A stretch of DNA of 64,000 bases from Patescibacteria group bacterium (GTDB lineage: Bacteria; Patescibacteriota; Gracilibacteria; UM-FILTER-43-11), in assembly GCA_018813295.1 (NCBI GenBank), contig JAHJBZ010000066.1:11231-75230 (forward strand), written 5' to 3'. The notes under the pieces are model-generated. The model ran no database searches and was not told the origin of the DNA. It saw nothing but the letters and a program-made list of their open reading frames with translations. Shown here piece by piece: positions 19,935-30,300 of this stretch. The first letter of the stretch is position 1; each line of letters starts with the position of its first letter. Made by a program: the position numbers and the translations under genes.

Positions 19935-20645
19935 CTATTGATCAGGATTATCAGAGGGTTCATCACAATAAGTCTGGTGAACATCTTCAAGATGGGTTTC
20001 ATACAAATCAAGAGCTCTGCTATGCAATTCTGAGAAACTAGGATTAGTATAAAACTTGTTCAAATCCAATTTTTCACCCACACCTTGATAAGTAAGATCT
20101 GCTTGGGCTAAATAATCAAGAGCATCTACAAGAATAAACAATTGATCATAAGGAATAGATACATCTTCTGGGGATAACAAGCGGCTTAATGATGTAACGC
20201 ATGCAGTGAGGTTATCAAAAAGGGCAGAATTAAAAACACCATTAGCATTTTTTATATCTTGTACAACAGCAACAAAATTAGCAACTATCTTTTTAAGTTC
20301 AGGATCAACTGATTCTCCATCAGTAAGTATTTGTTGTATTGCTGAACGTCTAGCCTGCAATGCTACAATAACAGATTCCAAAATATTTTTCGCGGCATCG
20401 CTAATTTTTAAATCCTCTTTATCCACTCTATCTAACAAAAACCGAATAGCGCGTATAAGTTCAGAAACATGTGAAGCATTCAATCCATCAATATTTCTCA
20501 TAACGTGCAACCGTAACTCCAAAATAACCCTAAAATCACTTGTTTTTAAGGCTTTTTGAGGACTTTCACCAGAGCATCTTTGATTCAGCTCTTCAAAATC
20601 ATCAAAGGCTCTTTCTAACTCCGGTATTTCATCAAATGAGGGCAT
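19935..20645 (-). CDS. Hypothetical helical protein (paralogue array)
   Basis: 236 aa; TTGTCC..TATAAT promoter-like sequence upstream. Confidence 0.7.
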   Translation of the reverse strand: MPSFDEIPELERAFDDFEELNQRCSGESPQKALKTSDFRVILELRLHVMRNIDGLNASHVSELIRAIRFLLDRVDKEDLKISDAAKNILESVIVALQARRSAIQQILTDGESVDPELKKIVANFVAVVQDIKNANGVFNSALFDNLTACVTSLSRLLSPEDVSIPYDQLFILVDALDYLAQADLTYQGVGEKLDLNKFYTNPSFSELHSRALDLYETHLEDVHQTYCDEPSDNPDQ

Positions 20646-20776
20646 TTTTATATCAAAAATTAGATATAAGGAGTAATATTATATACCAAACAGGACAATT
20701 GTCAAACATAAATGCACCAAATAACCATCGGGTCTACAATGGACCTACCCCGCTTAGCGGGGGACCTACCATTGGA

Positions 20777-23134
20777 TTATCTAAGATATGCCGGCAAATA
20801 AATGGGCTTCTTAAGCCCTTTAACCTTCTTAACAATATCCAAATCATTCAAATCCAATTTTCCGTAATATAAATCGGTCAAATCCCCTCCTTTACTCACA
20901 AAATCTAATATCATTCGATACCCCTTAAAATAAACAAAGTCTTTGGTAAATGCCCCAGGTTTACTCGTGTCAGCCAATCCTCGTTTCGCCTTAATGGCCA
21001 CTTTCCATGCACGCTCAGCATCAAAACCAAGCTCTAGAATCTTGGCATAAATATCAGCAAAACTACCATTCAGAGCAGTATGAATACCGATTACAGAAGA
21101 TGCAGGCCAATATTTCTTTTGCGTTTCACTGGATTCGGTTTTTTCCTGGTTGTAAACAGCCAAACCTTCTTCGGTCATAAGATAATCAGCCAAGCCACGT
21201 TGAAATAATTTATAAGGCTGTAGTGCACCGTTCATAGCTGTAAAAGCATGAGTTTCAATCTCGTGGGCAATTGTACCTTTAAGTCTATCTTCAGAAAAAG
21301 TTGCATCACTGCGAATAGAAATGGTGTTTTGTTTACCCGCAACTGCATCAGAAACAAGTTCATCCTTAAGTTTAACGCGCCACCCCTTAAGGCCATAATC
21401 TTCAATTGCTTTTTCAAAAACCTTTTTAGCTTCTTTGGCGGACAAAACTTTTCCAGGTGCAGGAAATTTATCGGGCATAAATTTTATTTCATCATAAGCT
21501 TGATTTACAAGCTCTTCATTTGGCGCACCATATAGGTGAATGGATTTTGCAGTAAAATGACCAGTCCCACGAGACTCGAGAAGTTCAATTTTACGTTGAA
21601 TCTCATCAGCTTTCTTTCTCCAAAGAATTCCTATGGGTGTATTTGGGAACTCGATACGTTTTAAACGCGTATAAAGATTATTAGGGTCAAAAGAAAGCTC
21701 CTTGTACTTAAACTTAGGATTATATTTTGGATCCACAAGGAACTTAGTATGCTCTTCTCTTAAATTGATGGGCTTTAAGTGCGATAATAATTTAATTTGA
21801 TCATCGATGTCAAAAAGCTCCTGATCAATTTTCTCAAGATCTTTGTCGGTAAACGTTTTAGCTATATATGGAACATCTGTGGCTTTTTGCTCCGAAGAAG
21901 CAGGAGTCATATGCTTGCTTGGATCAATTAAAAAGTTTCTAAGATCTCTTTGTCCAACAAGCATTTTAAATTTTTCCTCACTAAAGTCTGCTGTATCAAC
22001 CACGGTTGTTATACGTTGATCGGCAAGGTTAAATTTACATTTTCCCGACTCATCTAATCCAATTTTTTGAGCAATGGTCTTGTCTAAAATAGACTTTTCC
22101 GTATGGGGATCCATTTGAGCAACAATTTTTGCATTATCTTTTCTTCCAATTGCCTCAACGCGCTCTAAATTTCCAATTACAATTTTTTCCGTCTTTTTTT
22201 CTTGCTTAGTTTCAGCTTTTTCGCCAAAAATATCCCGGGCAATACGCACGCCTTTCTCAGGAGTAGTCACTTTAATGCCCTCAACTCTTTCCAAACGACG
22301 ACGCAATGGAGCCATATTAGCAATTTGCACAGCAAGACCTGCACGAGCATTAATCTCTAAAAGTACTGGCCCCATATTTTTATCAAGAGTTAAATCAACT
22401 GCAGCAAAACCAAGATTTGTAACCTGCTGTACCCGGGAGGCAATTAAAAGCATTTCCTCCCAATGAGGTATTTTAATTCCTTTAACATCACCAAATCCTG
22501 GAATTCCATCTATCGATTTATTATATTGAGTTATATAGGTTAAATTGCCATTGCCGATATCAATTCCAACACCAACACCACCTAAATGAATATTAGCTTT
22601 ACCTTGGGAGCTTTCGGTTGGCAAGCGTAGCATAGCCATTACAGGAATAAGGTTATGCACCACAATTCGGATATCAGGAAGCCCCTTGTAGGCTATTTTT
22701 TTAAACATATCAGGCGCAATAAGCAGTTGCTCAAAAAGTGCAACATCGGAAATATCCGCAAGTGAATAGCGTCCATCAAGAATATCATTTATATGCCTCT
22801 CTAATTCCGCCTGAGTAAAAACTTCATCATTCCCACTAACCCAGTTACTCCCCTTACGCCCCTTAATGATCAAAATACCTTCACCCCCATAACCAGAATT
22901 AGGTTTAACTACAAAAGAATTAGGCAGACTATTGAAATCAAAATTTTTAAGTTCTTTTTTACTATGTATTGCATTGTAAAGGCGCGCCACAGGTATGCCG
23001 CGAGCGGACAAAAAGTTCTTTGTCTTAATTTTGCTATCAGCAAGCATTACAGCCTTTTTAGGGTTGTAAGCCTTGATATACAAGAGATTCCTGGCATTTA
23101 TTCCGAGCAAGCCCGGATTATGGAAAAACCACAT
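20777..23134 (-). CDS. RimK-related ATP-grasp ligase fused to a degenerate retropepsin-like domain and a DUF1704 (QEGLA/MATCAP-like) metallopeptidase
   Basis: LGINARN, VVKPNSGYGGEG, ANIHLGG, LEINARAGL; middle domain AQMDPHT in place of DTG; C-terminal HEIETH..TEEGLA..FTKD.VY..G. Confidence 0.85.
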   Translation of the reverse strand: MWFFHNPGLLGINARNLLYIKAYNPKKAVMLADSKIKTKNFLSARGIPVARLYNAIHSKKELKNFDFNSLPNSFVVKPNSGYGGEGILIIKGRKGSNWVSGNDEVFTQAELERHINDILDGRYSLADISDVALFEQLLIAPDMFKKIAYKGLPDIRIVVHNLIPVMAMLRLPTESSQGKANIHLGGVGVGIDIGNGNLTYITQYNKSIDGIPGFGDVKGIKIPHWEEMLLIASRVQQVTNLGFAAVDLTLDKNMGPVLLEINARAGLAVQIANMAPLRRRLERVEGIKVTTPEKGVRIARDIFGEKAETKQEKKTEKIVIGNLERVEAIGRKDNAKIVAQMDPHTEKSILDKTIAQKIGLDESGKCKFNLADQRITTVVDTADFSEEKFKMLVGQRDLRNFLIDPSKHMTPASSEQKATDVPYIAKTFTDKDLEKIDQELFDIDDQIKLLSHLKPINLREEHTKFLVDPKYNPKFKYKELSFDPNNLYTRLKRIEFPNTPIGILWRKKADEIQRKIELLESRGTGHFTAKSIHLYGAPNEELVNQAYDEIKFMPDKFPAPGKVLSAKEAKKVFEKAIEDYGLKGWRVKLKDELVSDAVAGKQNTISIRSDATFSEDRLKGTIAHEIETHAFTAMNGALQPYKLFQRGLADYLMTEEGLAVYNQEKTESSETQKKYWPASSVIGIHTALNGSFADIYAKILELGFDAERAWKVAIKAKRGLADTSKPGAFTKDFVYFKGYRMILDFVSKGGDLTDLYYGKLDLNDLDIVKKVKGLKKPIYLPAYLR

Positions 23135-23212
23135 ATAATTTAATTTTCAATTTACAATTTACAATTTTCAAAAGTTTGGAAATTTAAAATTTAAAATTGT
23201 AAATTTAGTTAT

Positions 23213-24718
23213 TTACTCCTCCGCATGTCTCATCACCTCTCTAAATCTCACATACTCCATAAGTCTAAGTCCAGTCCATCGGCCAAGACCATAATTAACA
23301 AGAAGTAAAATTAAAATAATTTCAGGATGGCCGAGCATAAGATTTTGAAGATACTGCCACTCAACAACCCAGTAACAAATAAGGGAAACGGCTGTTGTCT
23401 CAAACATTAAAAGTAATGCCGCATGAAAACCTTTGCCACCCAAAGCACTTACAAACTTTTCTGCCAACGTCGTCATAATAAGCATTGGGAAAACCGCAAT
23501 CGTTGCAATCTGGCTAATTCCCAAATACGTACCAAAAGCGAGCATAAGCAAAATAATAAGCGTTGAAATCGTCAGAATTATGGCAATTCTCGGAATATGG
23601 AGTAGCCGAAAACGATCCAAAGCTTTGCGCAGAACTGCTCCTGTAACAATAATGATCACAAGAATTGTTAAACCAAACTTTAGACCTAAAGCTAAAAATG
23701 AAAGTGTGATAATAGAAGGTGTATAAAGACCAAATGTGGTAATACCGATAACCTGTTTTAAGAACGTAATAATGGTTACGATAACCGGAAGCATAAGAAG
23801 GAGCACAATGGTGTTACTTGGAATTCCTTTGCTAATCATAAAGCTAACCAAATAAGAAATGGAATTCCAGATACTGACACGACCGGTTTCTTCATTAATT
23901 ACAGTATAATCAGAAATACTGGCTTCTAAATCTTTCAAAAACACATCTACAGATTCTGCAACAATAAGATTTTTCAGCTCATACTGACGGGTGATAATAA
24001 TCTGTTTAGGCTGAATAATATTAAAGTTACCCTGCATAATACGACCAAATGTATTTAAACTCTCATCTGTAATAACAACGATACTTTTCCCTTTAAGGGA
24101 ATCCTGAACTTGAGACATTTCTTCCTTAGCTGCCTGCTGAACCAAACGGGTTAATGCATTAATCCCGCTACCACGCGTTGTCCAGATAACTATGGAATTG
24201 GCGCTATTAAGGATCGAAACCTGATCGGATAATTTCTTGGAAAGGGCTTCTTCGGACATAAAAGCCGTAGTGCTGTCATAACTTTCGATCAAGAAAATAT
24301 ATGTTCCCTCTTCTTCGGCCTCGGTTCTTAGATTTGCAATATTTTCCTTTTTATCGGTTACATCTGTAAGCATCAAAACAAGTTTTGTATACACAAAAAC
24401 ATCCCGAACGATTGATTCCTTCTCTCTGCCCTGAGTAACAGTAAGAGCTACTGGATAACTTCCAGGGCTGTCATATGTATGCACAACTTCTTCGCCCCAT
24501 TGAACAGCACTGCCATCCCCAAAATCCCACTGGTAACTCACAGTATCATCATTATCCAGAAGAAATGATGAAGAGGCATCAAAAATTATACTTTTATCAA
24601 CCTGAACAATATCCTGCGCAGTAATTATCGGACGAAGTTCATTTAAAAAATCCACCGCCCCTGCTGTTATTGGAAGTAGGAATAGAGAGAGAAGTATTGA
24701 GATCAGAAATTTCTTCAT
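23213..24718 (-). CDS. PKD domain plus 7TM (7TM_transglut-like) membrane protein
   Basis: Signal peptide, YQWDFGDG..HTY..PG.Y; LMLP, IGITTFGLYTP, FPMLIMT..E, GRWTGLRL.EY.RF. Confidence 0.88.
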   Translation of the reverse strand: MKKFLISILLSLFLLPITAGAVDFLNELRPIITAQDIVQVDKSIIFDASSSFLLDNDDTVSYQWDFGDGSAVQWGEEVVHTYDSPGSYPVALTVTQGREKESIVRDVFVYTKLVLMLTDVTDKKENIANLRTEAEEEGTYIFLIESYDSTTAFMSEEALSKKLSDQVSILNSANSIVIWTTRGSGINALTRLVQQAAKEEMSQVQDSLKGKSIVVITDESLNTFGRIMQGNFNIIQPKQIIITRQYELKNLIVAESVDVFLKDLEASISDYTVINEETGRVSIWNSISYLVSFMISKGIPSNTIVLLLMLPVIVTIITFLKQVIGITTFGLYTPSIITLSFLALGLKFGLTILVIIIVTGAVLRKALDRFRLLHIPRIAIILTISTLIILLMLAFGTYLGISQIATIAVFPMLIMTTLAEKFVSALGGKGFHAALLLMFETTAVSLICYWVVEWQYLQNLMLGHPEIILILLLVNYGLGRWTGLRLMEYVRFREVMRHAEE

Positions 24719-24794
24719 AATATTTGATTAGTATTAAGTTTTAAGTCTTAAGGACTAAGCTAGCTTACAGCTTATGACTTAAGACTTATGACTC

Positions 24795-25697
24795 TTATTT
24801 TATATATGTAAGCCACTTCTTATACTTAGCATTCTTCCCTTTCGTAATATTCAAAAAATTCTTCTTAAGCTCAGCAGCGACTGGATAATTTTTACCATCA
24901 CCTATCTTTTTGTCATCGACTTTGGATATCGGAGTAACCTCAGCAGCTGTACCGGTAAAGAAAACTTCATCCGCAGAATAAACATCCTTGAGCTTCAAAC
25001 TTTTTTCAACGAACTTAATTCCCAGATCCTTTGCCACATGCTTAATCGCATCACGAGTAAGACCAGAAAGGATTCCGTAATCCGGTGGGGTATATATTAC
25101 TCCTTTTTTAACAATATAAACATTTTCCGCAGCACCTTCTGCAACATTTCCTTTATGATCCAGAAAGAGAGCTTCATCATAACCGGCATTCGTAGCTTCA
25201 AGTGATGCAAGAATAGAATTTGAATAATGCCCAATTATCTTTGCGGAAGTAACCGTACTTTCTGGATGGATTCTAATATATTTAGAAGTTTTCACACTTA
25301 TATCATGCTCTCCTAAATATGATCCCCAACCCCACATGGAAATAGAAACACTCACTGGTGCGCCAACCGGATTTACCCCCATCTTTCCGTATCCATATAT
25401 AATGAGATGCCTGATATACCCTTCTTTCATTTTATTCTTTTTAACTAATTTTAGTGTCTCATCAATAATTTCTTTTTGGCTGTAAGGAACCTTCATGCCA
25501 ATGGCATTGGCAGAAAAGAAAAGCCTTTTAATATGATCCTGAAGCCTGAAAATAGCAGGACCATCCGGCGTTTTATATATTCTGATACCTTCAAACACAC
25601 CAGCACCGTAATGAAGGGTATGAGTAATTATGTGGACTTTTGCATCTTTCCATTTTTTAGTCTTACCATCCATCCAGATGTATTTCGTCTTATTCAT
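24795..25697 (-). CDS. ilvE: Branched-chain amino acid aminotransferase
   Basis: LHYGAGVFEG, AKIIGHY.NS, EGAAEN, ILSGLTR, FTGTAAEVTPI. Confidence 0.96.
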   Translation of the reverse strand: MNKTKYIWMDGKTKKWKDAKVHIITHTLHYGAGVFEGIRIYKTPDGPAIFRLQDHIKRLFFSANAIGMKVPYSQKEIIDETLKLVKKNKMKEGYIRHLIIYGYGKMGVNPVGAPVSVSISMWGWGSYLGEHDISVKTSKYIRIHPESTVTSAKIIGHYSNSILASLEATNAGYDEALFLDHKGNVAEGAAENVYIVKKGVIYTPPDYGILSGLTRDAIKHVAKDLGIKFVEKSLKLKDVYSADEVFFTGTAAEVTPISKVDDKKIGDGKNYPVAAELKKNFLNITKGKNAKYKKWLTYIK

Positions 25698-25891
25698 TTT
25701 TGGAGGGGTTAATATGAGGGAATCCCGCTAGGGGGGATTCCGAAGCTGACAGGCGACGAACCAGGGCATCCGCCGCGGCGGACTGCTCCGTCGAAATTCT
25801 CCATCATTCTACCAAAAATCGGGCAATAAAAAAACCATCAATAAAAACTCAATTTGACAAAAAAACTCCACAAATCAACAATTAGCTCTAA

Positions 25892-26257
25892 TCAAAATTG
25901 CCATCTGGAATAACCCTCTAGCTCACCAACGGGATTCAGCTCCAATATCTCTGGCTCTCTATCAATTGGATTATCAGCATCAACAGGCTCAAGATAAACC
26001 TGAACGGGCCCACCCCTGTCTTTTCTAAGTAAGAGTACTCGACGCACATCCTCTGCTAAAATCGCAAAATCTCCACCAATTGTTTTATGCCCCACCATAT
26101 TTCTATTGGTCATTAACAAAATATCATCTCGAGTTTGTCCAACAATCACACCCCTACAAGATTCTATTGTATCCGGATCTGCAGCTATCCGTTCCGGCTG
26201 TCCTGGATTCCAAGGATCCCCAACTGTAAATGATAATTCAGGTTTTTCTGAAGACAT
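25892..26257 (-). CDS. Hypothetical protein
   Basis: Likely start MSSEKP (26257); no motif recognised. Confidence 0.55.
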   Translation of the reverse strand: MSSEKPELSFTVGDPWNPGQPERIAADPDTIESCRGVIVGQTRDDILLMTNRNMVGHKTIGGDFAILAEDVRRVLLLRKDRGGPVQVYLEPVDADNPIDREPEILELNPVGELEGYSRWQF

Positions 26258-26319
26258 AAAATAAGAGTAACTTGATATATTTAGGATGATCATCCTATTA
26301 AAAAAAGAAGGATTCGTCA

Positions 26320-26412
26320 AATAAAAAGGTCCCGCCTGTGCCCCTCCGATAGGAATTGATTGAAATTGATAATCTATTTCTATCTATTTCAATCGGGATG
26401 GCCCAGGAAGGA
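26320..26412 (-). terminator. Long hairpin/terminator after cobO with a repeat array in its loop
   Basis: Minus strand GTCC..CCTG..CCGAT [loop] ATCGG..CAGG..GGAC followed by TTTTT. Confidence 0.5.
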
Positions 26413-26455
26413 CAATCAGGGGGCGCCTGCCTGCCGGTAGGCAGGAGGCGAGGGG

Positions 26456-27022
26456 TCAGAAATCCAACCCCTTAATAGCTCTTCCCTCCCTCGTAGAATA
26501 ATGCTTCACCTCATTAACATCAGAAACTAAATCAGCCTTTTTAATAAGCCAATCGGGGGCACTGCGACCGGTTAAGACAAGGTGCACATTTTTCGGACAT
26601 TTATCCACCAAATCATGCACTGCAGAATCGGAAAGCAGACCTGTTTTAATACAGGTAAGAATTTCATCCGCCACAATCAAAAAGTATCCTTTAGTAGAAT
26701 TTTTGAATTTTGAATTTTGAATTTTGAATTTTTTATTATATAAGGTATAGATTTTTTCAATTCCCTTTTTTGCCTCATTCTCATCGGAACGTGTATTTGC
26801 AAACCTAAATTCCTGTGTTTTTTCATTAAACCGATCATGGCCAAATCTGAAGACATCGATCTTATCCTTTAACTGATCTAAGATATTCTGTTCGCCATAA
26901 TGTTCTCCCCCCTTATCAAAAAAGACGATAGAAACGGCTTTATTCCACCCGGCAGCCCTTATTGCTGTACCAAGGGAGCTGGTTGTTTTACCTTTTCCAT
27001 CACCTGTAATTACTAAAATCAT
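26456..27022 (-). CDS. cobO: ATP:cob(I)alamin adenosyltransferase (CobA/BtuR/CobO type)
   Basis: TGDGKGKTTSSLG, ADEI, VLTGR.AP..ADLVS..KH..GLDF; contains a TTTTGAA x4 insert. Confidence 0.92.
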   Translation of the reverse strand: MILVITGDGKGKTTSSLGTAIRAAGWNKAVSIVFFDKGGEHYGEQNILDQLKDKIDVFRFGHDRFNEKTQEFRFANTRSDENEAKKGIEKIYTLYNKKFKIQNSKFKNSTKGYFLIVADEILTCIKTGLLSDSAVHDLVDKCPKNVHLVLTGRSAPDWLIKKADLVSDVNEVKHYSTREGRAIKGLDF

Positions 27023-27161
27023 AATCCTTTAATTAAGCAATATTATTAAATCAATTTAGGGCATGTTTGTAAATTGGAATTTAGAGTTTGTAAATTGTAA
27101 ATTGTAAATTGTAAATTTGCGTTTATTAAAGCCAGAATCCAGCCACAACAATTCACAAAAA

Positions 27162-27209
27162 TATCAACATGTAGTGCCTATAACGTAAGCTTTATACAAG
27201 ATCTTGTGT
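27162..27209. promoter_or_regulatory. Tandem NrdR boxes
   Basis: tatCAACATGTAGtgc (27162-27177) and ataCAAGATCTTGtgt (27194-27209), 32 bp apart, upstream of nrdJ. Confidence 0.8.
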
Positions 27210-27227
27210 ATCGTCAAGAACATTTGT

Positions 27228-27256
27228 TTGACTTCACCCCTCCATTTTTCTAAATT
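27228..27256 (+). promoter_or_regulatory. Sigma70-type promoter of nrdJ
   Basis: TTGACT-17 nt-TAAATT. Confidence 0.6.
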
Positions 27257-27397
27257 GAAGTACGCATTCAAAAACAAAAAACAGGGATTGCCTCACCCGC
27301 TTTTTTAAAGCCCTCCATATTTCTCACTCCGAGGGAATATAAATAGGTTGAGCTATATCTTTGTGCTCATTACACCCCTAACCAAAACAATTAAAAA

Positions 27398-30300
27398 ATG
27401 AAGAAAACGCACCCATATCATGGCCTAAGCGTCAGTCGCTTTTTCACAGCCGCTGACAAAAACCCTCTAAAAGAGGTTGAATACATAAAACGTGATTGCC
27501 GCATCACCAAACAAGACGGATCAATTGTCTTCGAAATGAAGGATTTTAAGGCACCAAAGAGCTGGTCTCAAAACGCCAGTGACATCATGGCTTCCAAATA
27601 TGCCAGAAAAGCTGGCGTTCCTCAGTACGATGAAGATGGAAAACCTATAAAAGATGAAAGGGGTAATCCTGTTCTGGGTGTAGAAAAGGGTGCAGATCAA
27701 GTTATAGGACGCATGACTGGATGCTGGCGCATGTGGGCAGAAAAACATGGATATTTTGACAGCAAGCAGTCCGCAGATGCATATGAAGCAGAAATGAATT
27801 ATATGCTTATTAACCAAATGTCAGCGCCAAACTCACCACAATGGTTTAATACAGGTCTAAATTCAGCTTACGGAATCAACGGCCCTGCACAAGGTCATTA
27901 CTATGCAGATCCAAAAACTGGAAAAATAAATAAATCAGAAGATGCATACACTCACCCCCAACCACACGCCTGCTTCATTCAATCAGTTAAGGACGACCTA
28001 GTAAATGAAGGTGGAATTATGGATTTATGGATGCGTGAGGCAAGATTATTTAAATATGGTTCAGGTACAGGGTCAAACTTCTCAGCTGTTCGTGGAGAAG
28101 GAGAAAATCTTTCTGGTGGTGGCTTCTCTTCTGGTTTAATGTCATTCCTTAAAATAGGAGATCGTGCAGCCGGTGCAATTAAATCCGGCGGTACAACACG
28201 CCGTGCAGCTAAAATGGTCTGTCTGGACATCGACCACCCTGAAATCGAATCGTTCATCAACTGGAAGGTAGAAGAAGAGAAAAAAGTAGCTGCCCTTATT
28301 GCTGCTGGTTACTCCAGCGATTTCAACGGCGAAGCATATGCAACTGTATCTGGTCAAAACTCAAATAACTCAGTTCGAATTTCAAATAAATTTATGAATG
28401 CAGTCGAGAACGACGAAGATTTTGATCTTACCAGCCGTATAACCGGAAAGGCATTTAAAACCGTCAGTGCTCGAAAAATATGGAAACAGATTGGTTATGC
28501 CGCTTGGGCATGTGCTGATCCAGGCCTTCAATTCGACACTACCATTAACGAATGGCACACCTGCCCAAAAGATGGGCGCATCAACGCATCCAATCCTTGC
28601 AGCGAATATATGTTCTTAGATGACACCGCATGTAATTTGGCATCGTTAAATTTAGAAAAATTCTTTGATGAAAAAACCGATAAATTTAACGTAGAGGCAA
28701 TGCGCCACGCAATACGCCTATGGACAATCACACTTGAAATCAGCGTACTTATGGCTCAATTCCCAAGCTATGAAATTGCAAAAAGGAGCTATGAATACAG
28801 AACTCTAGGCCTTGGTTATGCAAACCTTGGAACAGTGCTAATGCTTCTCAGTGTTCCTTACGATAGCGACGAAGGCCGTACTATAGCTGCTGCACTCACA
28901 TCAATCTTAACCGGAGCTTCATATGAAACCTCAGCTGAAATGGCGGATAGCTATGGTCCATTCGTACGCTATGAACACAACAAAGAGGACATGCTCAGAG
29001 TAATCAGAAACCACAAAAGGGCAACTTACGACGTGCCGGAAGAGGAATACGAAGATTTAGAAGTGAAGCCCGTAGGCCTTAAAAAAGAACATTGTCCTAA
29101 ATATCTTCACGAAGCCTCTTGCAGAGCCTGGGATATGGCGCTTAAAAAAGGAGAAAAATTCGGATTCAGAAACGCGCAAGTTTCCGTAATCGCCCCAACT
29201 GGCACTATTGGCCTATTAATGGATTGCGATACAACCGGAATAGAACCGGACTTCGCATTGGTTAAATTTAAAAAACTCGCTGGTGGCGGATACATGAAAA
29301 TTATCAATCAATCTGTACCGGTAGCTCTTAAAAAATTAAATTATACCACCGAGCAAATACAGGAAATCTTAGATTATATAGTTGGTAAAGGCTCACTTGT
29401 CGAAGCCCCATTCATTAATTGGAAAACTTTAAAGAAAAAGGGATTAAACGAAGACGAACTTATAAAAATCGAAAAAGGTATCAAAAATGCATTCGGAATT
29501 AGCATGGTATTTAACAAATTTATAATCGGTGAGGAAGCTCTTGAACGTCTTGATATCAATCCAGATATTTACAACGACCCTAACTTTAACTTCTTAAAAG
29601 AAATCGGATTCACCGATGAGGAAATTGAAGCTGCTAATGAGTTTGTATGCGGCGCCATGACCATAGAAGGCGCACCTTACATAAAAGAGAAGCATCTGCC
29701 TGTCTTTGATTGTGCTAATAAATGTGGCAGAAAAGGAAAACGTTTCATTGATTACACCGGACACATAAAAATGCTCGGCGCAACTCAGCCATTTGTTTCC
29801 GGTTCTATTTCCAAAACCATTAACATGCCTAACGAAGTTGAGGTAAAAGACGTATTAGAAGCATATGAACTTAGCTGGAAACTCGGATTAAAAGCTAACG
29901 CCATCTATCGTGATGGAAGTAAACTTTCTCAACCATTAAATACATCATCAGAAGACAAGAAAAAGGAAGGTAAAGGGAAAATCGAAATGAGCGAAGTGGA
30001 AATTACCAAGAAACCACTACGCCGACGTCTTAGTAATGAAAGACAGTCAATCACACACAAATTCTCTATCGCAGGACACGAAGGATATTTCACCGTTGGG
30101 CTATACGACGACGGAACCCCTGGAGAATTCTTCATAAAAATGAGCAAAGAAGGCTCCACGCTTTCCGGAATCATGGATAGCCTCGCTCTTTCCATCTCTT
30201 TAAACCTCCAATACGGTGTACCACTAGAAGTTCTCATTTCCAAATTCACTCACTCCAGGTTCGAACCTTCTGGAATGACAACCAACAACGAAATTCCAAT

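Noticed and set aside
25745..25800. ZTP (pfl) riboswitch suggested by CGTCGCCTG on the minus strand
   Set aside because: The 5' GACUGGCG element and the rest of the consensus are missing, and ilvE is not a typical target
27260..27397. Cobalamin riboswitch in the nrdJ leader
   Set aside because: No B12-box or other conserved riboswitch core recognisable; NrdR boxes already explain regulation
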